DNA from: Lingula anatina
Taxonomy: Eukaryota; Animalia; Brachiopoda
NCBI GenBank assembly: GCA_051362555.1
Contig: CM120648.1
Coordinates: 11,404,587 to 11,468,586, forward strand
Direction of reading: 5' to 3'
Length of the DNA stretch: 64,000 bases
The position numbers and the translations under genes were made by a program. Positions within the stretch are counted from its first letter, which is position 1. Every line of letters starts with the position of its first letter. The notes beneath the pieces were generated by a model. That model did not search any database and was not told the origin of the DNA. It saw only the letters and a list, made by a program, of their open reading frames with translations. Below are positions 1 to 23,957 of this stretch, in pieces.

Positions 1-1432
1 CAAAACAATGGTATATATCAAATCTATAGGAAACACATTGCTGTAATTTTAAGAGCCATTAACAAAAACACTTGGAATGATATTTTATCTCTAAGTGGTT
101 CACACTTTTCCAACATTTTGCGTATACAGATTTTAGACTTGGTTCACAGGATGGGTCAAGTAGAATTTCTTAATTTTGCCTACTTCCTGCAAGTTTTCTT
201 CCCCCTTAAATTGGCAGGGGCTTTAGCATAGCTTGTCGGTCTAGATAAGCATAAATGTACGCACACGTTGGTTTTTGTTTCACGCATGTTTGTTACACGG
301 GGTATACAACTCTAACAGCTTATCGTGCGTTAATCATATAATTTGTTCCATTTCTGTTTCTTGGAGATTGTTAATCTGTCATTGCTACAGCCAGCTATAT
401 TAAAAGTTTTATAAAATTTGTCACAGCGGATTTTAAGAAAATGACTTCAAAACATTTCAAAGTTAAAAAAAAACAAAAAACAAGAGTTTATCTGTTGCTA
501 GCTAGAAGAAAACATTTTCGTCTGATTGGAAATCGGAGTTAATCAGTCTTATTTTTGCTAGGTTTTGTGTAAATGCCATGGAGATTAATTATGATGTGTA
601 TGGCTTAATTTTTAACTTATTCCATTTTGAGATTTTACCATTGAAAAATTTTCAAATTTGTTTTTGATTTTTTTTTTCATTCCACGTCACCAACTGATTG
701 AGCTTCGTGCTTTTATTTTTTTATTACTAGCGAGCACCTTTTTTCTAAAAAATGTCTCAATTGAACTGTCTCTGCCTGTCTAAATTCTTAATCATACCAT
801 GCATAAGCTCTTGTTACGAGTAGTTGTTCATGTTTAATAAAACATAATGAGCACTTGCTTCACTATATAACCATGTAGTTTGGGAATCTGCCAAGATATC
901 CCTGGATGCACTTTCACCTTACCGAGCGTAAGCCCCCCTCTCTCAACCCCCCTTCTCCCCCCCCCCCCCCCCCCCCCCGCCACTGAGAACAATACCCCAT
1001 CCCCATCCCCGTCACCATATGACAGACTATCACATGCTTGAGATCTTCCCTGCATGGGTGACCTAGATATTCGGGAAGCGTCAGTTATTTCAGCACTCTG
1101 AATAAAACGTTCACTGAACCAAATCGAGCGCAATTGTAACTTAGATAATGATGAGAGAAGGAAGGAGACAAAAATGACTCATAAGTAAAAAAAAAAAAAA
1201 AACATCGCTTGTCCACAGACAATACTATGAGCGTGAAGCCGGCGTTGAACAGTGATGCAATGATTTAAAAACCAATTATCATCATGAGTAAGAGATTACC
1301 CAAAGGGACCCAAAACTGTTCACATGGTTTAATACATGTATCCCGGCTTGGGTAGGGATTTTTAAAGTAAAATTTCTTCCTACCGTCTCGTCCTATATAT
1401 TGCTGTAGGGTGTGGTTGATTTTTCAAAAACT

Positions 1433-1484
<52 letters not shown>

Positions 1485-1557
1485 GGGGGGGGGTGAGAGG
1501 TAGAATTATCATAAGCAGCAAGAGTCTTGTTTGGTAAGCAAGAATGTTACATAATAA

Positions 1558-1722
1558 GGGACCGTTCACATGGAAAGTCTATTTTCTAAAAATCGCAGGG
1601 AGTAACTGGCTCGCGCTGCCAGTAATTACGCCGCGGGGTATTCAGGGCACAGACCGTGATCACAAGATACCGCAAATAGAAAATAGATTTTTAGAAAATA
1701 GACTTTCCATGTGAACGGTCCC
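1558..1722. mobile_element. PIF/Harbinger-type MITE
   Basis: Perfect ~37-bp TIRs (GGGACCGTTCACATGGAAAGTCTATTTTCTAAAAATC) with a TAA target duplication on both sides. Confidence 0.9.
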
Positions 1723-2784
1723 TAAGTCCTTACTTATTTTTAGGTGAAATAATTTTCTAGGAACGTACCAACAAAAGATATTGATTCCAGGAAAATGGTG
1801 CACGTTAATACTTCAGCCTCCAGGGAGAAGTATAATGGAGCTGTACATCAAACATGTTACCTCGTCGTGCACTCTTCTCCGTAATTAAAAGCAATAATTA
1901 TCATCCTGGTACACTGTACCGCCTGTCATTTGGAAAGGGCAAAAACAGGGCATATGCAGTGGCTCCCCCTATGTCTATGTAAAAAAACTTGAACTAATAA
2001 CGGATCCATTAAGGTCACAGCGAACACATACCACCCCATTTGGTAGCTCTCGAAGGCTACCCCTTCCTACTCTCCTTCCTCCATCAAAAAAGAGTATACC
2101 GGGCGCAACAAGAGAAAACCAAATAATTTTGATCATTTCCGTGGCATGCAGATTATGTAAAATTATCTCGCCTACGTTGTCATTTTTTTGTCCTTGCCAC
2201 CTCTTTTAAAAAGCATACATGTTCAATAAAATCAAAGCAGTAGGAGCACTCTTTTGCCACAGCTAATGGTTAATGGAATCCATCTACATAGACAGAATTG
2301 TAAAAAAAAAATGAAAAGTGCCTCATGTAATTTGCGTCACAAGTTGCCAATGTTACCACTCCCGTAATTAAAAGCATTCACCACGTACGTAATGGAGCTC
2401 ATCAGCCGTTGACAAGGTGCGCGTCCCTTGGGAAGAAGAGGGTAGGCTTATCGGGGAAGTCGCAGTAAAAGTGTCAGAGAGAGAAAAAAAGGGAGCAAAT
2501 TATTTTTGCGTTATTATGATGGATTAAATTAAGTTCATCAAGGACGGAAATATAAAGGATAGATAAAGGGGAAATGATAACCGCGACTAAACCTCGTCAG
2601 ACAGAAAAAAGTGCGTGGTAGTGGATTGGCTTGGAGTTTGACATATCATGTTCCCTTGTAAGTTGTATTTTTATATTTAAATAGATGTGTAGGTGAGGGT
2701 GTGCGCTATGATTTAGGAAAAGAAACTCGCACGGCTTCATTTAAATGTTCTGTTTTTATTTTATTTTATTTTATTTTATTTATT

Positions 2785-2828
<44 letters not shown>

Positions 2829-3830
2829 GTGACGCTGACTGTATGTTGTACGGAGTAATCATGAAAGTGTCAATGCACTTTCACACTTATTTTAGAAACT
2901 ATTTCTTCAGGCTGTTGAAGAAAGTATCTACATGTAGAAATAGTTTAAAATTGTAGAAATAGTTTAAAATTATCCGTTTTCCCACAGCGTGTTATGAATT
3001 CTTTATCTTAGACAAACTGAGCCACTGCCTGGTAAATAAATAAATAAATATAAAATAAATATATACTACTCCTTGAAACCACTTCTGACTACATCGTTGT
3101 TCACATGTGGTATTTATTTTGTGTCATTGAAGAGTTGAACATTGATATCAAAACCTTCACCTTATTTACATGGATACGCTTGCGTTTTCACTAACGAGTT
3201 GAAGCTATTTTTCTCTTATCAAGTTGTTATTTTAAAATACTCTGTTAACGGTTAAATTAGACCTTCATAAAATAGGAAATAAAGGATTAAAAATAGAAGA
3301 ATAATAGGAATTACATTGATAGAGTATAATAAATAATATAATAATAGTTTTACAACCAGTTTAATCCCTCAACGTCCCTTTAGCCATCCCAGTACAAAAA
3401 TAGTTAACATCACGGTACCTAAATACTTTCACATGCATACACCATATCTTATTATCTTGCTCTATAAGCTTTAGATAGTATAAGTACACCTTATACCAAA
3501 ATGTATGAAGGCTATAACCTGTATAATGTCGATAAAAGTATCCACAAGCAATCTTGGATTCGGCACACATTCTTTATAGTTTTATTTTCCTTAATTCATC
3601 ATGATATGACATAAAATAATATCAGGACCATAAAATAAGTTTTTTAAAGAGAACATGAAAAATAGTTGTGTACAGTGAGTGTGAACTGGACGTCACCTGT
3701 AAAGGTTAAAATTTAACGGGTGTAAAATGATATTCAGCCAAATGCAAATGAAGCCGTTGAAAACAATGGACTTGGACCATGGCCAAGAGCTTCACAGCCA
3801 ACGTGGGCCACCATCTCTATTTTCGAATTC

Positions 3831-3832
<2 letters not shown>

Positions 3833-3917
<85 letters not shown>
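3833..3917. repeat. (CA)n(TA)n compound microsatellite, representative of many in the window
   Basis: Read directly from the sequence. Others: 2752-2828 (TTTTA/TTA), 4115-4144 (CT), 6077-6203 (AAAC/AAAT/GATA), 13526-13598, 37103-37150 and 40538-40578 (TA), 44650-44690 (TCTG), 45869-45928 (TG/AG), plus long G/C/A/T homopolymers. Confidence 0.95.
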
Positions 3918-3922
<5 letters not shown>

Positions 3923-4113
3923 TACCACACACATGCACGTGGACATTTGGAGGTTTAACAATGAAACAGTTGACAGGCGTTTTCAGGATGCATAACCAAA
4001 ATAACATCCTGTGTGTAGGCAGGTCGCTCGCTTTTAAAAGTAGACTATACATTTCTGATCCTTGTGGTTTGCTTTCCGAAACAAATTAAAGCCCGATAGA
4101 TTAATGATCTGTG

Positions 4114-4147
<34 letters not shown>

Positions 4148-5398
4148 GCATCACCTATATTTGCCATCGCCGCCGCCTTTGCCTTGTATTTTCCTTTCGC
4201 TGCGCACATTCCTGGAAAAGCCATTTATGAAATGTGTAAATAAAAACAGGTTCACTGGGTATAAAATGCTTTGTCATACCAGTCACCTGATGCATGGCAT
4301 ATTCGTAAAAATGGCACTTTTTAGCACGGTTGCTGAACGCCAGGCATGCTGTATTAATCTTGGCTGACAAATAACAGATAGCACCTTGAGAGTTAATTGT
4401 CCATTGCTCCCCTCTTTCAAGAAAGTCCAGGGCCCCGTATCTCGATTCCATAACTCGCCCATACCCCCCCCCCCCCCACATGGGGGTTATGGAATAGAGA
4501 CTCTTTCGCTCGGTCGCAATGCGCGATGCGTTCGAGTTACGGGGCCCATGATCTAAAATTAAAAACACTCTCCCTTAGAGAAGTTTACAGGGATGTTCTC
4601 CTATTTTGGTCCGGGAAGATTCTGCCATCTCAGTGTGACAGAAATAGTACAATGTGGTCCTAGGAATGGACGTCCGGGTTCCCATATTAGTATAGCAGGT
4701 TAGGGTTAGTCGGAGTAATGGGTTAGTATATGAGACGAATGTCACCAGTCCAAAATAGTTGGGAGCGCACTCCGGCCTAATTCTGCCACATTTCTGTTTT
4801 ATGCTAGAACTTGTTTTATCTGGTTTTCATATGGATAATATATGGCCCAATTACCTCGTCATTTGACAATATCATTAGGTGTCTAGAAATTCAAACCTAA
4901 CCGCAGGCTAGAAAAAGAACGACAAAGAAATAAGAATACAACTATTTTTTTAAAAGAAGAAAAGAAAATCCATCTTCAAAAACTGGCCTAGAGCAATGGT
5001 TTATGCCTCGGTAAAATTAAGAAAATTTGTTAAATGTTTTGTAGTTGCAACATGTCTATCATTTATATTAATTATCATATCTATCATATTTAAACTGATC
5101 ATACGAGTTTTGGCGCTTAAACGTCTGTTCGATTTCAACATCATTTGTTTCCTTGTTTCTTTTCATAAAAAAAAAGGAATACAGCAAGGCATTAATTTCA
5201 ATAGTAGGAAACGGTATTGTATCATAGTATTAATACCACTAATTATATTAATGGCAATTTTCTTGAGTAAAATTGCGTGTAGTTTATTTCCGTATCACGT
5301 TTCAATGAGTCAGTAATAGTGCTTTAATTTCTACACATTGTCTTTATATGACAAAGCCACGGGATCGGAAGTTATTTATCCGATTGGCATTGCCTAAC

Positions 5399-5580
5399 AG
5401 CAATTCAGAACAGCGGACTAACAGGTCCGCGGATCAAATATGTCCGACTTACTTGAATGCTTCTTGCGTAATCCTCGCGGAGAATCTATTCAGTGTCTAA
5501 TCGGGAATTAAGCAGTAAGCTTTTTAGTGGTTTACCATATTTGATCCGTTGATCTGTTAGTCCGCTGTTCTAAATGTGCT
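5399..5580. mobile_element. Harbinger-type MITE family A copy
   Basis: TIR ATTCAGAACAGCGGACTAACAG...GATCAAATATG, homologous to the copies at 9596, 9913 and 15489. Confidence 0.8.
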
Positions 5581-6124
5581 GTAAGTATTGCTGTGAGGAC
5601 ACCGACTTGATTACAAGTATATATTGATAGTACGTTTTGGTAATGTTGGTAAAACCCACCAGGCCATAGTGAAATATTACTTTTGTTACTCACACTGCAT
5701 TCGGAAATCATCTGACGGAGCTGTTTGTTGAAGCACAAATCGTCTGGCAGAGATGCATCTCGCGCCATATAATTTCCCCTTTTATAAGTACCATTCTCTG
5801 CTTCAATTTGCTCAAATTGGCACAATGACATTTACATATTATCGCGCCAGTTTAATCTGTATGTTTTACAAGAGCATACTGCCAAGCTTAGTGGCAGTGT
5901 TAAAATAGGGTGATGGATAGGGAAGAGATGAAACATTTTCTTAACAATTTGCGTGAGTAAAACTCCGTGTAGTCAATTTATCATAACATCAGTTGTTTTA
6001 ACTGAGCCGTGATAACTGCTATATTAGCTTCGCCTTCACGATCGCCCTGGATATTCAGTTAACAGGATACTCAGTTAAACAAACAAACAAACAAACAAAT
6101 AAATAAACAAACAAATCAATAAAA

Positions 6125-6155
<31 letters not shown>

Positions 6156-6157
6156 AT

Positions 6158-6204
<47 letters not shown>

Positions 6205-7396
6205 TTTTTCTCAGAATGTGATGCGATACTTTTGAGAGAAATCCTGTTTCAATCTTGTTAGCATTATGTTCAGTTATAAATTAAATTCTACGTTTTTAAT
6301 GCCATTATCTTATTAGTTCAGAGAGATGCGCATTGTACTTGTTATGGGCAAATTACGCTTTACTTTGAAAGGGTTAACCCCGATACTTGAAAATATTATC
6401 ATGGTGAAATTAAAATCTACAGTATTAATGGCGGGCATGAGAAGCTTTTCCAGAACATATGGTTTATAATAGTATTTGCTGTAGATCTGGCTAAAACTGT
6501 TCAGAATAAGGTATTAATTTTTTTCTTGGAATGTAGACTAATGGAAACAATCAAAGTGAAGGCTAAATAATGAATTCCTCTGTGTATTTGTTGTAATTTG
6601 TAAACCTGAAATATCTAGTATTGCACTGTATTGTTACGTATTGAATTCAGTGGTTTTTGATGTGCGTGATTATTTTTTTCTTTCTGTGTATCATCTCCCA
6701 CCACCCACCACCTACACACATATATTAATGAAATATGGATGCGATTTTACATCAGTCAGTATGTGGAATTTAGACTTAAAATGTGTTTAGGTCAAAAGAG
6801 ACACTCAGAACGATTGCGTTAATTCTTCAGCGGTCGCTTATGGTCTAGAAAAGAAACATTTGAAAATTTGGGTGAAAACTGAAAAAAATAAGGGCAATTA
6901 ACATAACGAGACGTCTGTAGCTTTATTTACATGTATGGCCCTATATTGGGGCGACATCTTTGGTTTGATGTCTATCGGAATGTTTATACATGTAGGTCTA
7001 CCTGTAGTAACAGTGAGGGTATGGTTACGCGTTTGAAACTGTCCCCAAATCATTGTTATCAGAATATCTTGCAAAGCCACTTATCTTCCTCAATTACAAC
7101 CTTTAAAACGATAAAACCACTCAAATAAAAGGACCTGGAGTGTTAACAATGTATTTCCTTCAAAAATGTCAGGAATACGGGTGGCGGTCTAAAAGAATTA
7201 TCTTATTATTTGAAATGGTACAGAGCATCGAATGCAAGGGAAGAAACAGGTTGGGCAATAGGTCGTGATAGGAGAAATCGTTTATTGAAGAAGAAAAGAT
7301 TTGGCTTGAAAATCCCGTATAGAATGCCTTTATTGCCTCTAATGTACAGGTGAAAACAGGAAGTGGCGGATTCAGGAAGGAGAGATTTGTGTGTGT

Positions 7397-7444
<48 letters not shown>

Positions 7445-7521
7445 CGAGAGAGAGAAAAGAGGGCGAAAAGGTTAAATCAGAAGTTTCAGGGTAAGAAAAA
7501 GACAAGCGCCTGGTGTGTCCC

Positions 7522-7567
<46 letters not shown>

Positions 7568-7789
7568 ACAAAAAAAAAAAGAATAAGGAAAGAAAGAAAA
7601 CAAAACGGGTCAAAGATAGAATCGTTACTTTCGAATAACCCCTTTTGCTACAGCAAAATCTTGGTCTCAACAATGCAGGAGTTTCACTTCTAGATTTGGT
7701 GACAAATTAAACAGATGATTACATGTAGAGTCACTTGAAACTGTGTCGAAGAGCTTGAAATCACGATAAGAATGCAGCCAAGGACACAA

Positions 7790-8005
7790 AGACTGCATTC
7801 TCACAGATTTTAGATAGATTTATCCCCGTGGGGAGTCTCAGTAGATTACTGTCAGCTTAGCCGGCTTAAATATCTGTCCCGCCTACTAAAAGCTGTAAGG
7901 GGTAATTAACTGCCGTGCGCGCTCGGCTGACAGCAATTTAGCGTGAACCTCAGGGAGTAAGGTCGATCCAGATGGATCGATCTTAATACGTGGGAATGCA
8001 GTCAA
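7790..8005. mobile_element. Harbinger-type MITE family B copy
   Basis: Core GGGAGTCTCAGTAGATTACTGTCAG...GGGGTAATTAACT shared with 20111 and 38764. Confidence 0.8.
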
Positions 8006-8461
8006 AGTGGTTTAGTGCACTTATATGTATACATATAGCTTATCAAGAGTCGCGTGTGCGTACTCTGTATGGGATTGATTTAATCCATCTAGAATAACGT
8101 GAGTAGCAGCTGTAAGGTACGTGGGGCAAACGTGTCGGTCCCGTTTTAGAACCACTTGATCGTCCTCTTGCCATGTTGCCTTAGAAATGTTGACTTTAAG
8201 CTTTAAAATTGGATGACTCGAAGGTCGAAATGCCCCGGGGTTCATACTAACTCTTACACAGAAATCCACTTCAGTCTCCATTTTTTTCTGATCGATCTCC
8301 GCAGGAACTGAAACATCTACAACATGAAGTATGCAACCATAAATATCCACATACGATCAAACCAACATAAAATTTAAAGTAAACTCCCATTCAAGTGCAT
8401 GCGATGATAATTTTTAGTATTATTGATGTAAAGATAAAGCTAATTGTTCTTTCTATTGCAG

Positions 8462-8847
8462 TGCTGGTCGTATTTATAGCGAAAGAGAGCTGCCCCTGCG
8501 CTTGATGCGACAACAGAAGGTAGTGAATTATACAGTCAGAACAAACATCCCGATATAAAGAGACAGAGAGCGATAGACGCCGAGGGAGTCGTCAAGTAAT
8601 ATAGTATATTCTGAATTTATCATGATTCAGAAACTCAGTACAACACATAAAGGAAGAATATATACAACACAGCCAGCAATAGGATGTATTTTAGTTTTTC
8701 ATGAGCTTGAAAGGTTGAATGGGAGTTTCGACTGTACTGCAAGTTTTCCCAACAAAAGCTCCGTCCTTAAAATTTAATTCATATTTCAAAGCAAAGAGAA
8801 CACCTGAAAGTGATTTAGTTTAACGTATCGTACGAACATCAGTAAGC
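8462..8847 (+). other. Probable 5' UTR portion of the first coding exon of the mGluR-like gene
   Basis: An acceptor (ttctttctattgcag) ends at 8461, implying an unlocated upstream non-coding exon. One candidate donor is gtaagt at 2658. Confidence 0.45.
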
Positions 8848-18621
<9,774 letters not shown>

Positions 18622-20110
18622 AGTACCTCTTGCAAAAGGTTTATTTCTATCCTATTTGAAGTTGTTTGTGCTTGTTAATACTGAGATTTTACAACATACA
18701 CAACTTACTGCATTTATGATCGGGCGGAACGAATAACTTTGTATCGCGTTGTCGGTCAAATGGCAACATTTTACCAAGTCTGCTTGTTCAGAACGCAATA
18801 TGTGCAACAGAAAACAAGAAATTGTGTTGGCGCTCGTCATATCTCTTTCAAGCGAAGCAATTCCTTCATAAAAACGCTGGTCAAGCATTTGTCAAAATGT
18901 CAATTTTTTAGTTGACGTGAATTTTGAGCTATAATATTTTTCTTATATTTGTCTGTCTCTCTATCCATATAAATATCCATTGGTGCATTTGCTTGCAATG
19001 GAGTACGCACACACACACGCGCGCGGTCGTCGTTATGCATATGAGAGGATTACATGCATCTAAATCATTATGTAAATAACAAAGGTTATACACTGTACAT
19101 TTACAAACATTTATCTGGCCTTTTCATGTCTCTAAAACGTATTGCCGAGTTTCTGATTGCAGCAGAGAAGGCCATTTCTTTTTCCCCTCAGGTGGCGCTA
19201 TAGTACGGTCTGATTTGTCAAACATGGCAGAAGACTGATCAAGATGTGCATTGGACCATATTAGGATAGCCAGTGACCTATATAATGTCGTTTTATTTTT
19301 GGGTGGGCAAGGTCCTGGTGTTTATTTTCTTCTGATATATTTTGAAATATGTTCAACATTAATGTCTATTCCATGTAACTATTTTGTTTGATGAACTGAT
19401 AATGAAGTTGTACCTGATCAAATAGTAGCGAGAACTAAAAGAAAAGGCGCCAGCTTCATCCTGCCTCCCCCATGAATAGAATTGCTCCTTCACCCTAGAA
19501 AGACATGTCACTCCTTTTTCAGTGCTGAGAGATCAGGCAGTGGATACGAGACGGTCTGGAGACTAAGTATACGAATATTACAACTTCAGTCGATTCAATA
19601 TATGTCTAAGATGTTGATGTTATGTTTTATTTGTGTTTTATTTTTGTAATGAATTTTGAAACCTGAATGCTTAAAAAGAGTTGGTCATTTCACAATATTT
19701 TCCCTCGTGCTATTTTGTTTCCTCCTTCATTTCATCTCATCACGTCTCCTAAACATGTGAAATGTTGTTGCACTTCCTATTTGATATTTTGGACTCTGTC
19801 GGTAAAATAGTGAAGACAGTATTTTTTTTCGAGAGCAAATGTCACGAAGAGGAAGATACAGTGAAGTGACCCGTTAAAAACTTGGCCTATAATCATGTAG
19901 ATCTTTAGTGACAGACCGGTAATTAATGAAAGGAAATAATGTTGGTATAATGATATACGTCCATTTTCAAAGTAAAGAACATAACGTAAGCATAGCAATA
20001 TACGTCCTTAAGGAATTTTGACAAGATTCCAAAAACAAAGCTGCATGTTTCACATCATAAAAATCGTGTGGGATACATTGCAGATGTAGTGATCTGTGGC
20101 TGACATATTA

Positions 20111-20325
20111 GACCCCATTTCCAGAGATTAGATCGATCTACTTTAGATCAACCTAACTCCCTGGGGTTTCACGCTAAATAGCTGTCAGCCGGGCGGACAC
20201 GAAAGTTAATTACCCTCTTACAGCTTGTAGTAGGCGGGACGGACATTTAAGCAGGATTATCTGACAGTAATCTAGTGAGACTCCCCGCTGGGATAGATCG
20301 ATCTAAAAGCTCTGGGAATTCAGCC
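20111..20325. mobile_element. Harbinger-type MITE family B copy
   Basis: Imperfect TIRs with AGATCGATCT subterminal palindromes and TTA/TTA flanks. It is the reverse complement of 38764-38978. Confidence 0.88.
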
Positions 20326-21652
20326 TTAGTGCGCATTCAGAGCAGATGGTCCGAATGCGATCTTATGAGATCAACCCTTCGAAGCATAGGGAGGCGAGCT
20401 GAGAGAGCGAAATACTATTTGATGTGGATGTTGATATTCATAATCAATGCCAATATCTTTCTTTTCATTCAAAACACTGTCCAATTGTATTTCTGAGTGA
20501 CTTTTGATTTATATGGCATCAGGGATTTTGCAGTGATTTACAAATTGAATATTGACTATTTGCAACGTTGCTAAGAGTGGTCATTTATTCTTACCGATTC
20601 AAAGAAAAAAACTCCCCCCTTATGCCCCTTATGCCTTGAAACATGTTCTTTGCTAAAATAATTTTCAGTTTGCCGCCGTTGCTATTGTACAACAGTACCT
20701 TTTACGATTTTCTTCAGTTAGACAGCAAGCGTGAATGTATAACTAAGATTTAATGGATTTCAGTTAGCAAAACTACTGACTTTATCTTGGTTTAATCCTT
20801 AAATTTGACTTTCTTATTATCAGACATAAGTTTGTATCTACTAGTACAAAGAGTGCACTTGAAGTTTAAGTTTACTTGAAGATTCCAGCTACATTAAAAC
20901 CTTTTGTATTTATGCACATTTTCACGATCAAGCTCCCAGTATTTTTACGTTTTTATGCTATGAGGAAAAACAGTTCATATAGATATAAAATTAGATTGAA
21001 AATTAATTTTGCATGTATGTATGACTTTTTCAGAGAATGTTGATTTTTATTATGAAACTTACGAGTATTTTACTATTCAGTTTGAGCCATGCATATGAAA
21101 TAATACTCGTGGAATTTCATTTTTAAATACATCCAATTCTTGTTCTAGCTTTATGCAGCAAATTAATTTTTCTGGAAACCTCGGTAATTTTCCTATTTGA
21201 CCGGGGTGTGCCATGCCATAACCCTTGAAAAAAGTGGGATCTACAACCTCGTTTTCATACTGCAAGGTCCTAATTTTTACCAGCACGAGTGAAAACCCCT
21301 TTAAAAGTCCCTTCTTGAAAAAAAAAAGTGAATACCGTGCATAGAGTGCAAAATAAAATTGTTTGTTTGTAATTTGGTCAATAAAATTGTAATCTAAATT
21401 ACAATCATTGAAAAAAAAAACGTTTACTCAGCAAATGATATTTTGATTACCGGTTCGAAGAAGTACAATACGAAACGTTTTATTATGAAATATATCTGAC
21501 ATGTGTTTAGAAAGTTGGTAAACACATATTGCAAGATATTTCGAATTGACAGTGAATGCAAGGAGCACATGCTCTGCCCAGTGAATTTTTACCCGGATTC
21601 TGATAACTGTGCCTGTTGTCTCTTTTGTAATAATAAGTTTTGTATGGGACGT

Positions 21653-21774
21653 TTTTGAAGTTTTGTATTACCATTCTAATGTAATGTTTCATAATTCATA
21701 CGGATATGTCTATTTTGAAATTTTGTATTACCATTCTAATGTAATGTTTCATAATTCATACGGATATGTCTATT
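21653..21774 (+). repeat. 60-bp tandem duplication (2 near-identical copies)
   Basis: TTTTGTATTACCATTCTAATGTAATGTTTCATAATTCATACGGATATGTCTATT at 21661 and 21721. Confidence 0.95.
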
Positions 21775-22612
21775 ACGGAATGAATGTTGAGATTTATTTC
21801 ACTAATGACAACTTTTGGCAAATGTAAGTAAAATTGGTAAGTGTCGCTCTTTAGTGTCGCGTTAAATATTTGATACGACCATTTTTAGAAATTATTTCAC
21901 AGTTTGTTATGGTTATATAGAGAAAAAAACTGGCCGATTCAGGACATTCAAAGGAGTCAAATTAGGAAGTTTGGATAATTGGAGCACTTTTAGGACTTGA
22001 TTATGCGAGTCCAGAATTGTATTGTTGTTAATTATTTTATGTATGTATGTATGTATGTATTTATGTATTATTATTATTTTATTGGGGTGGGGGAGGGACA
22101 CAAGATCCACCATTTTTAAAAGGGATAATTTGCAAAAAAAAAAAAATTTCCTTTTTCTGAACTGTTTTGAAATCAATAAGATCAAGATAAGAAAAGTAGT
22201 TAAGTTGATAGTTTATTTGTCAATTAGAATAAAAAAATTGTTACACCCTTGAGCGATTCCTCATACAGACAGTAATTTTGCGTCATATTATATACTAGAA
22301 CATTGTAAACTTACAGCGACAAAGATATATCTAAGAAAATGCCGTTTAACAGGCATGTATTGTTATTGTATAAATGCAAAAATAAACGACAATCTATTTG
22401 TACATGGAAAATTATTTTGCTCTTAATAAAATTTTTGAAATATATGCAAAATGTCTTAGCGTTTTTTCTGACGGCTACGTATATCATGGCTCAGTGGTAG
22501 CTTGGGGTTGGGGTTCGAATTTTGGCTTGGGTACCATGAAACTACTGAATGGGACTTAAACAATTTCCTTTTGGTTACTATAAGTAGAAAGTCTACTCGG
22601 GGAGGGTGGGTG

Positions 22613-22685
22613 GGAACACATAGTGTAGTGGATAGCACGCTTGCCTCTGAATCAGCAGAACGCCGGTTCGATTCCTGGCTCTTCT
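22613..22685 (+). pseudogene. tRNA-derived remnant (Gln-CTG-like pseudogene or SINE head)
   Basis: A box TAGTGTAGTGG, D-arm GGATAGCAC, anticodon loop CTCTGAA, B box GGTTCGATTCC. The acceptor and anticodon stems pair poorly. Confidence 0.55.
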
Positions 22686-23957
22686 AGGTCCCAGCAAATT
22701 ACTTTTTGGCGAAACAAAAATCAAAATAAGAAAATTTAAACACTTCAATAGAATCAAACGAATGTAGAAATTCCAAGGTAGATTGATGGCTGTTGGTAAG
22801 ACATATCACTCTCCTGATGGTGTTCGAGTCGAGAAAGGAATCGATAAGCAATGTAGAAAATCAAAGTTTATTTTTCGTAAATAACATCACAAAAATGCCG
22901 ACAAATACAGAGTATATCAATTTTGAAAAAACCTAAATGGCAAATGCAATTACCATTACAACATGACACTTCGAAATACAGAATAAAATAAAGAGCTTCA
23001 TAACCGGCAAATAAAACGTTGGAGATTTTATGTAGTTTGAAATTTGCTACTCAAAATACTAATCCTTTTGATATTTGAAGTTGACACTAGTATATATTGC
23101 CTTCTTATTGATCATATATTCAACTGAAGCACACTTTTGTCCAAATCCAGTGGTAAGAATGATACCGAAATATCAAAAGTCTGTTAAACAATAGTGCACC
23201 AAATATAACAGTAAACATTTTCATAATTAAACAAAAAAATTTTTGCTCATTTGCTACGAATTTTAAAATTTTCTATTTGAAGAGGATTGACAAAAGTTAG
23301 CATTCTATAAAATTCCATCTATTGGTTTATTGGGAATACCGAACCGGTCGTTCATGCACAGTACTCTAGCTAGATATCACTAATTGATAATTTTACAACA
23401 AATACTTTGTCAGTTTCATTTTCATGCATCACTTAAAGAAGACGTTACAGAGGGAAAATACTGACATGGGGTGCTCTATGCAAGAGGTTTCATCGTTTTT
23501 TATGTTGTAATTGGGAAAGATAATTTAAATTAGTTTTGCGAGATATTTACTCAGTAGACAAAAAATATCTAACCTTATGACACGTTGATTCAAATGATTT
23601 AGTTAACCTTTCCTTTATTTCATCAACATTATTTCTGTAAAATAAGAACTACAAGTGTAGTTTCGGTTTTGAGAAAAGGATGTTATAAAGAAATGTGTGG
23701 ACGAACTACAGTGAAAAACGCAGTGTGCGGAAAGAGTACTGTACTACAACGTTGTTAAGTATTGTTACGTATATTAAGTAAACAAAATGTAGGGTTGACG
23801 CCTAGCGAGATTTACCCCAAATGTTTTTTTTTTTCTTTCTAATTATCAAGTGCAACTTTTCGTTTGATACACGTTTTGATTCAGAATATTACAACCCAGA
23901 GTAAACAGTATATTCCATATAAAATGTCAACCCTGCATATGAACTAAAAGACAAACT

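Noticed and set aside
1089-1109. TTCAGCAC as an RE1/REST site upstream of a neural gene (also at ~62847)
   Set aside because: Only the left half-site matches; GGACAG is absent.
4677-4730. GGTTAGGGTTAG as an interstitial telomere
   Set aside because: Only about two units, lying inside a weak inverted-repeat element (~4598-4766).
3727-7693. ORFs with HTHT, YIYI, poly-G or poly-P runs (3727, 3792, 7206, 7391; likewise 13351, 45593-46251, 61182)
   Set aside because: These are translations of microsatellites and homopolymers, with no domain signal.
22613-22685. Functional tRNA-Gln gene
   Set aside because: Acceptor and anticodon stems do not pair properly and no clean T-run terminator is adjacent; kept as a pseudogene or SINE remnant.
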